A stretch of 36,736 nucleotides of DNA from Cyanophora paradoxa CCMP329. Its lineage: Eukaryota; Plantae; Glaucophyta. The stretch's first letter is position 1, and every line of letters starts with the position of its first letter. The stretch is from positions 1-36,736 of the forward strand of contig QPMI01000576.1 of assembly GCA_004431415.1 (NCBI GenBank). The letters are read 5' to 3'. The notes under the pieces were generated by a model, which searched no databases, had not been told where the DNA came from, and saw only the letters and a program-made list of their open reading frames with translations. Of this stretch, positions 11,526 to 20,042 are shown in pieces. The translations under genes and the position numbers were made by a program.

Positions 11526-13082
11526 ATGCCTCTCAAGGTCGTTTTAAGTCTTTCTGGCGGGGGTGCAAGGGGCATTATCATAACCAGGCTGCTAAAAGAA
11601 ATCGAAAATCGAACTGGCAGGAGAATAATCGATCTTGTGGATCTTGTGAGTGGAACTTCCACTGGTGGGATCATTGCAATAGGTTTGAATATAAGGCATC
11701 CTGATAGACCAGGTGAACCTAAACTGACAGCAAACGATTTACACAATATTTACCTAACTCAACTGCCTTTGATTTTCGCAAATCCTCGAAATATCATTGA
11801 AAATGCCCTATTTAACACAAAGTATGATGTGGGACCCTTGGAGACTGCAATCAATTCAGTTACTGGGGAATCACTAATACAGGATTCCCTAAAGGACATT
11901 GTGATCACATCCTTTGATACTCAGAATATGAAACCAATATTTATCACAAATGATAACAATTACAGCTTTCTGCCTTGTAAGATTGCTGCTAGGGCTACCT
12001 CTGCTGCTCCTACATATTTCTCTCCTGTAAGCATTGTTGATTTCAATCGGGGAGTATTTGTCTGTCTCATTGATGGTGCCATTTCGGGAAACAATAATCC
12101 CAGTGTGTGTGGTTACAGCCATGCAAAGAAGATTTACAGTGATGATGATGATATTATAGTAATAAGCATCTCTTGTGGAGAGGTGGACCCACATTTAGAG
12201 TCTGATTATGTGGGTTATGCTTATGAGACTGTGAACAGCTGGGGCATTCTCTCATGGATTGCCTCAACAGATGGAAGCCCATTGATTAACATGCTCATGG
12301 CTGCAAGTGAGCTTTCTGCCCTTGATAAGATGGAGGAGTTGTTACCCTACAACTATGATCAGGATTATGGGAGATACTATAGGCTATCAGTCCCACTTCC
12401 AAATCATATAGTAAGCTCCCTGGATGACACTTCTAAAATCCCAGACATGCTTGCATTCACTGAAACCTACATAGCAGCAAACAATGATATGATTAATAAG
12501 CTTTGCAGCCTACTAGTAGCAAACTATGAACTGAAGAACCCTTCAAAGGCTTACATTTCATCCACTCTCACTACATCACCTCCTTTGGATGCCAATTGGT
12601 ATCAGCTTTCAGATGATGCCTTTACTGCCTCATCCTCTGTGACAGGTAAAGAGCCTTTCATGGCTAGACCTTCAGCATTTGGCTGGGAAGCTGGAGCCTA
12701 TGCTCCTGAACAGATATGGGAAACCCCCACTGAATACCTTCAAGTTGCTTTCCCATATACTTTTGAACTCTCTTCTGTGATTGCATATGGATCAGGGGAC
12801 ACCAATGCTTTTATTAAGACTTTCAATGTGGCAACATCCACTGATGGGATCAACTGGTCTTTTATTCGATTAGATGGGCAGAACAAAATATATGTCTGTG
12901 AGAACATTAACAATGCTCACAACTCAGGTGATATGGCTCTGTTGAGTGGATTTCCTCTCAGCATCAAAGATGCTTTTTACATAGGTTATTCTCTCAGAAT
13001 CAAATATATTCGCATTTATCCCCTTGTGTATGTGAATGCTCCCACAATGAGAGTTGACTTTACAGGTGCCTTTATTCGATAA
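11526..13082 (+). CDS. Patatin-like phospholipase fused to C-terminal F5/8 type C (discoidin) domain
   Basis: Intact 518-aa ORF with GGGARG oxyanion loop, GTSTG nucleophile, SAAPTYF and DGA catalytic Asp. C-terminus has discoidin pattern EYLQVAF...FNVATSTDGINW...KYIRIYP...MRVDFTG. Confidence 0.92.
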   Translation: MPLKVVLSLSGGGARGIIITRLLKEIENRTGRRIIDLVDLVSGTSTGGIIAIGLNIRHPDRPGEPKLTANDLHNIYLTQLPLIFANPRNIIENALFNTKYDVGPLETAINSVTGESLIQDSLKDIVITSFDTQNMKPIFITNDNNYSFLPCKIAARATSAAPTYFSPVSIVDFNRGVFVCLIDGAISGNNNPSVCGYSHAKKIYSDDDDIIVISISCGEVDPHLESDYVGYAYETVNSWGILSWIASTDGSPLINMLMAASELSALDKMEELLPYNYDQDYGRYYRLSVPLPNHIVSSLDDTSKIPDMLAFTETYIAANNDMINKLCSLLVANYELKNPSKAYISSTLTTSPPLDANWYQLSDDAFTASSSVTGKEPFMARPSAFGWEAGAYAPEQIWETPTEYLQVAFPYTFELSSVIAYGSGDTNAFIKTFNVATSTDGINWSFIRLDGQNKIYVCENINNAHNSGDMALLSGFPLSIKDAFYIGYSLRIKYIRIYPLVYVNAPTMRVDFTGAFIR

Positions 13083-14004
13083 ACTCCAACTGAAACGAAT
13101 TATCGATTCCATTCATATCAATCAGTTCACCAAAGTAATCTTTAAACTCAACTGTGAGTTCCCTTATCACCAGGTTTCGGTCATTTATCTGAATGAATTC
13201 TGCATGCTCACCACTATGGTAAACATAGCCACCTATATCCTTACTCAATTGTAATCTAAGGATAGCCCCCTGGTTATGTGGTTGCGATTTCGGAATTATA
13301 TTGTGTCTGCTGGCAAAGGGGGCTAGCTCTTTAATATGCATGTACAGATACTGCTCAGCATTCATATCAGACATCTTCCTGCTGTCAAAATAATACTGCA
13401 AGGGCTTTGAGGAGAGTCTGGGTCCTGAGAAGGTGATTCCCCATGCTGGGTGATCAGGTGTAATAGGTTTACCATCATACTTTAAAAGGTTCTCAGGTCG
13501 ATATGGAGATCCACCAACAGGAGGAGTGCTATAATACCCATTGGTGTATTCAGTAGAACTTACACCCAAAAGCTTCCCGATTCGATTGTTGCTTGCAATA
13601 AAACGAAACTCATGATTACTGTAAAACTCCACTTTATAGGTAGTTGGATTGTAGAATATCTTGAACTCAAAAAACACAGTTTTGTCTGCAATTGTTTTGA
13701 AGCTTGAATAGTTCAGCCCATAATTATAGGGATGTGTTACCCCAAAATGACCCTGATTGATGTAGCCACTGGGAAGGGGATACACTTTCTGTGTGATGAC
13801 TTCATTGTATGAACCATCTTGGTAATTAAACTGAACTGTTAGATGATCAGTTCCCACACTGTTATAGATACTGTTCGGAATCTCTGCATATAGAACCCTG
13901 CATTCCCTTGGTCTCTCTACTGGAGTTGTGAGGGTGACCCTGTAAGAGTTTTCATTTTGTCCTTGGCTTCTATCCCTGCTATCAATATTAACGAGCCGGT
14001 TCAT
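13072..14004 (-). CDS. Minor capsid (penton) protein 1, single jelly-roll
   Basis: N-terminal IDSRDR, YAEIPNS, YLYMHIKEL and C-terminal LTVEFKDYFGELIDMNGIDNSFQLEF, typical of PLV/NCLDV pentons. Lies next to the MCP module. Confidence 0.85.
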   Translation of the reverse strand: MNRLVNIDSRDRSQGQNENSYRVTLTTPVERPRECRVLYAEIPNSIYNSVGTDHLTVQFNYQDGSYNEVITQKVYPLPSGYINQGHFGVTHPYNYGLNYSSFKTIADKTVFFEFKIFYNPTTYKVEFYSNHEFRFIASNNRIGKLLGVSSTEYTNGYYSTPPVGGSPYRPENLLKYDGKPITPDHPAWGITFSGPRLSSKPLQYYFDSRKMSDMNAEQYLYMHIKELAPFASRHNIIPKSQPHNQGAILRLQLSKDIGGYVYHSGEHAEFIQINDRNLVIRELTVEFKDYFGELIDMNGIDNSFQLEFIE

Positions 14005-14033
14005 TTTAATATATAAATATAGATAAAAGAAGA

Positions 14034-15043
14034 ATGCCTGTGGATTACATCGAGGTTAGCTCATTTAATACAATCTCTGGTGATGGTCCCACATCAAGCT
14101 TTGTGGCTCGACTCCCCAGTAGTTATGAGAATGTGAGGGCTGTGAGACTGGTCTCAGCCGAATTTTATAACAGCATCCCTATGGTGAGTGGTGAAACCAA
14201 AGCAGGAGATGTCACAGTTGATAACACATTTAGTATTTATTATTCGGAACAAACTCCAGGAGCTGGAAGCTCAGGAATTCCAACAACTCGCCCAGCTGCT
14301 GATTTTGAACAATGGAAACAATTCATGGTAAATCGCGAGACCCCATCCAAAGCCACCAACAGCTGGTGAATGTAATCAACTCAAAATTCATTGGCAGAAC
14401 TCCCCAACCATCCATTCGCTGCAAATGGGATGAGTCACTGAAACGAATTATATTCCACTCGGCAGTGCCTTTTTACCTGGCTTTCTCACTTGCTGTAAAC
14501 CCAAGCCAACAAACAATCCAAAAGCTATTGAGTTCAGCTAGACTGCTTGGTCTTGATCCTGGAAGATATGGGAATTCCCCAATCAAATCCCAAGTTTATG
14601 ATGCTCTCACTGATGGAATCTTTACTGATGGTCGAGTGAATGGCATTATATCTTCTTTTGAGCCTGAGAAGACCAGGGACAGTGTTTTGTTTGTGAGAGT
14701 AAAGGAGCTGGGTGATCTGGTTCAATGTGGGGATGGTCTTCTGACTGGTTACTTTCATAAAATAGTGGTTCCTGACAAAGATTATGGTGAGCATGTTGTT
14801 TACAATTCAACAGAGGCTCATCCACTTTATAAATACTATAACAAAAAGGTTGGATTATCCACTTTCTCGGTTGATATTGTTAATGCTGTAAATGAACCAA
14901 TTGATTTTGAGGGTCAACCTGTTCATCTGACCTTTGAAATTCGCTATGGTGATGAGCCAGCAGGAGACCCAGTTTATGAATACTTTAAGATGAGAATGTC
15001 GCAGCTTCACCCTTCCTATCCAGTTATTACAAGCTTCGCATAA
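14034..15043 (+). CDS. Minor capsid (penton) protein 2, frameshift near 14340
   Basis: VRLVSAEFYNS, LFVRVKEL and FSVDIVNAVNEPIDFEGQPVHLTFEI align with the same motifs in mCP1. Confidence 0.8.
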
Positions 15044-15096
15044 ATTAAGGATCATTGGTAGATTTTTTATGTTGCAGTATAATAAAAGAGAATATA

Positions 15097-16467
15097 ATGG
15101 ATATCACTTCCACTCTTCAAAGACTTTCGCTGAAAGAAGCCCTAACAACCCCAGAGGAGGCGAAAGCCTTTTTCCTGGATAACTCCCTTATGCTTGGTCT
15201 CGAATCCAAGTCTAAGCCAGTTCTAGTTGTTGTGAATCCCAGCAATACTTTTGAGAATAATGTTGGAAATCGCATTTCCTTCAAGCTACCTCGCTACAAT
15301 TTCTGTGGAAAACTCGAACTTGCTTTCGACCTTCCAGCCATCACTTTTGCTGCTGATACTGACCTAGTTCGCAATGGATACACTCGCCCAGTTGGTGCTT
15401 TAGTTCAGCGACTTGAAATTACCTATGGATCTTACACCTACCATATTCCATCTGATTTCCTTGCTCATTTCCCCCTGGTCTATTATTCGGAGGATCAACT
15501 AGCTAAAAAGAAGCGATCAATGGGCATGGTTCATGGCATTCCTGCTCATGGAACCAACCGCCTTGGTGGCTCATTTTTCGTTGAAATTCCTGTGCCTTGG
15601 CTAAATCACTACCTTCCCCTTGGTGCTTTATCTGGTGAAATGGTTGTTACTGTTTGGTTTAAGGATGCTGGAAAGGGTTATGTTGAAACTTCCTATGGTG
15701 GTCGTGGTCTTACTGTTGCAGCAGCTGATGTAGATTATTCAAAAGATGACGGTCTTGGAACTGCCCCTGCTGAAACTGTTCTGGCAAATGTTGGTCAAAA
15801 CATCACAGACTTTACTCTTGGTGCAACAACCCCTGTCATTTCTATTACTTCTCCTCGCCTTTACATGCATGCTATTAATGTTTCTGATGAGCTTTTCGCT
15901 ACTGTAATTGAAAAAGTAAAGACTACTGGCATGGCTATTCCCTCCCTTGATATTGGATTTGTAGATGCTAGTGCTTTCCCTGCCAAGGGCAATGCCCAAC
16001 CCAATCGAATTAACCTCTCTCAAATCTCAGGTCTTGTTTATGCTCTGCTTGTTTCAGTTCGTGATAATGCAACTGTTGATAAATCCACTGGCTCCCACAG
16101 TGTTCTTAAGACCTATGCCAACTCCAAAGATATTACTTTCACTGTTGAAATTAATGGACAGCGACTTTATGCCACTGAGCCAATTTCCCTACTCAAAGGT
16201 GCTGAGCTAATTGCTGATGCCTTCAAATGCTCTAACATGGATAAGGTTGCTGATCGCTATGTCCTTTCAGGTTTAAGTTTCTGCATTGATGGAGAGAAGG
16301 CAATTCGAAATATTGCCCAGTCTGGTTATGTTGATTTAACAAATTCCTCCTCTTCATTCCTCACCCTGTACATGCCTTCAGATAAGGTAATCGATGTTAA
16401 TGTTCGCGCTCTCATGCATTCCTATATAATTTTGGACAAGGATGGGCTTCGTCGTATAAATTTGTAG
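15097..16467 (+). CDS. Major capsid protein (double jelly-roll, 456 aa)
   Basis: Intact beta-rich ORF between pentons and ATPase, with ISFKLPR...LELAFDLPAI, LVQRLEITYG and FVEIPVPW...YLPLGAL.GEMVVTVWF pattern of PLV/NCLDV MCPs. Confidence 0.88.
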   Translation: MDITSTLQRLSLKEALTTPEEAKAFFLDNSLMLGLESKSKPVLVVVNPSNTFENNVGNRISFKLPRYNFCGKLELAFDLPAITFAADTDLVRNGYTRPVGALVQRLEITYGSYTYHIPSDFLAHFPLVYYSEDQLAKKKRSMGMVHGIPAHGTNRLGGSFFVEIPVPWLNHYLPLGALSGEMVVTVWFKDAGKGYVETSYGGRGLTVAAADVDYSKDDGLGTAPAETVLANVGQNITDFTLGATTPVISITSPRLYMHAINVSDELFATVIEKVKTTGMAIPSLDIGFVDASAFPAKGNAQPNRINLSQISGLVYALLVSVRDNATVDKSTGSHSVLKTYANSKDITFTVEINGQRLYATEPISLLKGAELIADAFKCSNMDKVADRYVLSGLSFCIDGEKAIRNIAQSGYVDLTNSSSSFLTLYMPSDKVIDVNVRALMHSYIILDKDGLRRINL

Positions 16468-16540
16468 TAATCTTACCATTTCTCGTAAGGCATTTAAAGA
16501 AAAAATGATTATTTATTTTTGAAAACATTTAAAAAGCAAA

Positions 16541-17272
16541 ATGCCCCTCACAATTAATGAGTTTGTAGATCGTGCAAATGCCAAGCATAATGGTAAATTC
16601 GATTATTCGAAGGTTCAATTTACAAAATGCAAGGATAAAGTTCTCATTTCTTGTCTGACTTGCAGTACAATATTTGAACAGCGTGTGGATCACCATCTAA
16701 GAGGGTCAAGCTGTAAAAAATGTAGTTTTCAGCGGTTGGGAAATGAACGCAGAAAAGAGCTGGAAACATTTATAGAGCAATCAAGAAAAACACATGGAGA
16801 CAAATATTGTTATAATAAAGTAGAATATGTGAAAGCTCACACACCAGTTTGTATAAGATGCAACTCTTGTAACAAAGAGTTCATGCAACCCCCAATCATT
16901 CATATTCGAAATACTGGTTGCCCATTTTGTAGATCTTCAAAAGGTGAGGAAGAGGTGTGCAAAGTGTTGGACTCCATTGGATTGGGGTATACACAACAAC
17001 ATACGTTCAAAGATTGTAGAAATAAGTTTCCATTAAGGTTCGATTTCTATATTGATTCTCTTCGAATTGCAATAGAATATGATGGTATTCAACATTTCAA
17101 ACCAAGAAAGTGGTTTGGTGCTGATAATGGTGAAGAGCAATTTAAACAGGTTCAAATTAATGATGGAATAAAAAATCGATACTGTGAAGCTAACAACATT
17201 AAACTACTGAGAATCCCATACACTGAAACTGATATTGAGGGTTGCATTAAACGATTCCTATCTAACCTGTAA
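16541..17272 (+). CDS. Zinc-finger repeat + PD-(D/E)xK (Vsr/DUF559-like) endonuclease, probable free-standing homing endonuclease
   Basis: Two YSKVxF/YNKVEY...CxxC...H..GxxC repeats, then SKGE, LRFDFYI, IEYDGIQHF and IKLLRIPY. Confidence 0.85.
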   Translation: MPLTINEFVDRANAKHNGKFDYSKVQFTKCKDKVLISCLTCSTIFEQRVDHHLRGSSCKKCSFQRLGNERRKELETFIEQSRKTHGDKYCYNKVEYVKAHTPVCIRCNSCNKEFMQPPIIHIRNTGCPFCRSSKGEEEVCKVLDSIGLGYTQQHTFKDCRNKFPLRFDFYIDSLRIAIEYDGIQHFKPRKWFGADNGEEQFKQVQINDGIKNRYCEANNIKLLRIPYTETDIEGCIKRFLSNL

Positions 17273-17328
17273 ACCATATTCAGTCACCTTGCATTATTTT
17301 TATCTGTTTCTTTATAGAAAGATACACA

Positions 17329-18069
17329 ATGCCAATACCAAGTTCTGATCTGGATGAATTTGTGGCTGGTGAAATGATAGAACCCCCTTTCAGACTACTC
17401 ATACTCGGAAAAAGTGGATGCGGAAAAACAGAAGCTGTAAAATATTATTTGAAACAGCTGCATGATGCCAAAAAGATTGATACAACACTTATTATATCCG
17501 CTACCTCATTTTCACATTTTTGGGACAAAGCTGCTACTGTTCAACTGGGTGCATGGGATCCCAATACATGTCGAAAATTATAAAGAAAGAGAGGCAAAAG
17601 GGAGAAAGGAGAAGAACTTAACCATATGCTGGTGATTTTAGAGGATATGATAGAAAATGACCAGCTGGATCTCAGTCGAGATAAAACAGTGGGAATGCTT
17701 TATGTTCGTGGCAGACATGTCAATATATCAATTATAACTATTTCCCAAAAATTAAGAAAGGTCGCAAGTGTTATTCGCTGCAATAGTGATATAGTAATTA
17801 TGGTTTGTGCAAGCAATCAAAAAGAGCTGGAAGCATTTGCAGAGGAGTTTTCGACTTTTCCTCGCAAAGAAGATTTCTATCAACTGTTTGAAGAGTATGT
17901 CCACTCATATCAATTCCTTGTTTATACATCTTTCAAGTATAATGTGGGCTACTATGTTGATAAAGCCGATTTAGTTGGAGATTTCGATTTTCCTCGCTTC
18001 CACAGGAAGCCCAAGAAGAAAGAAGATGAACTGAAACCACCAGAGAAAGAGGAAGCCCTAAAGAAGTGA
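17329..18069 (+). CDS. A32/FtsK-like DNA packaging ATPase, frameshift near 17580
   Basis: Walker A GKSGCGKT, Walker B LVILED, RGRHVNISIITISQ and IRCNSD. Confidence 0.92.
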
Positions 18070-18147
18070 AAAGCCAAGTCCATAGCAATAAATTGATGCG
18101 ATATAAACGCGGTTTATAAAATTATCTCTCATTCTAATAAAGATACA

Positions 18148-18843
18148 ATGCCTCCCAAACGAAAGATAGGGATTCCAGCTGGGCTGTTGGCTATTCAGGT
18201 GGTGGAAACAATGGATCCATTAATACTGAACCAATGAAATTCAATGGTATGAATGAGGTGAAGCCCTCACAGCAAGAAGAAGACCCCTCAATGCTGCCTA
18301 TGAGGAATCAGTTGATGACAAAGCCCCACAGGCTTCAACCAGTGACCAACTCAACATCTCACCAGAAGCCTCAAAAATGAAAGCTGTTGCTGAGGGTGCC
18401 AGGCGAATTATTGGGGCTGCTGATGACAAAGGTTTAGGCTTGCAAGATCTTTCACTGGCTCGCAAAGGTGAGGGTCTTAGTAAGGAATCAGACAAGGTAA
18501 TTCAGTCTATGGCTGGTGAAGTCACATACAAGACTGCTCCCACTCAAATATTCATCGAATTCCCAAGGCTCAATGGGATGAGATGACTGCTAAACTCAAA
18601 GATCTGGAAGCCAAATCAAGTGCCTTGGAGCAGTATGTTACTGAGAAGAAAGAGAGATCCAAGCTAAAGGAGATGCTTCGAAAGGAAGTTTATAAAATGG
18701 GCATTACTGGTGTCCAGATAAACAGTTTATTGCTAAGAAAGAGAACCAAATTGATGAGCAGGCAGTAGATGAAATGAAAACAAAGACCCAGAAGGGAACT
18801 ATTGAACCTGGTGCCACCAAAGCTGAAGTCGAAAAGGGAGTAG
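18148..18843 (+). CDS. Hypothetical charged protein, frameshifted
   Basis: Starts MPPKRK after the conserved AAAG motif. Fragments 18377-18586 and 18583-18768. Confidence 0.5.
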
Positions 18844-18900
18844 CCCCAACAGTATATAAAAGACGAGTTTGGCTTTAATTTTCTCTGTTTTATTAGAGAC

Positions 18901-19173
18901 ATGGATATAATACGAAAGTTTATTGAGATGCTCAGTCTGCATGTGGTGAGCAATTGCCACAGTGGATGCTGTGACACAACAATAGAGTTTGAGATGTCAG
19001 ATACTGAGGATAATGTATCTGAGGCAAGAGAGAGAAGGAGATCAACAGTTTCAGTGGAGTCAATGCCAGCAGACCCCACAGAGTATACATATGAGCAACA
19101 GGAGTATCCAAGGAGAAGTTCTTTACCAGGCGAAAACGTTTTCTCAGCAAATATTAATGGAGGATACAATTAG
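18901..19173 (+). CDS. Hypothetical 90-aa protein
   Basis: ATG-initiated ORF filling the intergenic space; no recognisable domain. Confidence 0.45.
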   Translation: MDIIRKFIEMLSLHVVSNCHSGCCDTTIEFEMSDTEDNVSEARERRRSTVSVESMPADPTEYTYEQQEYPRRSSLPGENVFSANINGGYN

Positions 19174-19402
19174 TTTGATCGAGTTTACTAGTGATGAGCC
19201 TTTAACTGAGGGTGCTATTAGACACATTCTAGCAAAGCAGAAACGATATAGAGAGGACCCAGCATATAGAGAGTATAAGAAACAACAAGCCCTGGCATCC
19301 TATTATCGCAGAAAAGCCCAAAAAGAGGAGCAGAGACCCAGAGGGAGACCGATTAAATATTATTTGCCTACTGATAGTAGCAATGGACCCACAGGTCTAT
19401 AA
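19157..19402 (+). CDS. Small basic protein with AT-hook (RPRGRP)
   Basis: KQKRYREDPAYREYKKQQALASYYRRK...RPRGRPIKY; paralogous to 19555-19881. Confidence 0.65.
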   Translation: MEDTISLIEFTSDEPLTEGAIRHILAKQKRYREDPAYREYKKQQALASYYRRKAQKEEQRPRGRPIKYYLPTDSSNGPTGL

Positions 19403-19554
19403 GATACTTGAGAAAAAGCGGTCTCAGTATGCTACTGAGGCAGCTATTAAAGTTTACAGACAGGAACTGGTGTTCGCAACAAAAAATGACTTAAAGAAAA
19501 AGTAGATAGGTTGTATTGAGGAAAAATTATTTTCGTATCTACTATTAAAGAGAA

Positions 19555-19881
19555 ATGCCGAATATCCGCAAGATACTCACAGATGATGAAAAAGCAGAGA
19601 AGCTGAGACTGAAAAGGGAGCAAGATGCCCAAAGAAAACGCGAAGCCTATCATAAAAAGAAGGAGGAACGATTATCCCAAGGAGCCGCTACAGTTCACAC
19701 ACCAGAAGAACTCAAAAAGATTGCCCTCAGACACCAGAGGAAATACAGGGAAAATGAAGAATATCGCGAACAGAAAAAGGCGAAAGCGCTGGAATACTAC
19801 CACAAGAAAAAAGACGAACTACCCAAGACACCCAAAGAGCATAAACCGGTTGGAAGACCTCGGAAATATATCGAAGAATAA
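19555..19881 (+). CDS. Small basic protein with AT-hook (KPVGRPRK)
   Basis: HQRKYRENEEYREQKKAKALEYYHKKK...KPVGRPRKY. Confidence 0.75.
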   Translation: MPNIRKILTDDEKAEKLRLKREQDAQRKREAYHKKKEERLSQGAATVHTPEELKKIALRHQRKYRENEEYREQKKAKALEYYHKKKDELPKTPKEHKPVGRPRKYIEE

Positions 19882-20042
19882 ATTCTCGATCGAAACAAAT
19901 TTTGTAGAAATCGATTTGATCGGAGGCAAAAAAATGACAGCTTTCTTCCCTCTTTTTTAAAACTGTACCTATATATCGAGACAGTATCCCGACCCAAAAC
20001 TACTTAAGGACTTGGCAAATAATAGGATATATATAAAAGACA

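Noticed and set aside
15097-18069. Assignment as a virophage (Lavidaviridae) or classical Maverick
   Set aside because: No adenain-like cysteine protease was recognised, and the 456-aa MCP is shorter than typical virophage MCPs. PLV is the safer call pending phylogeny.
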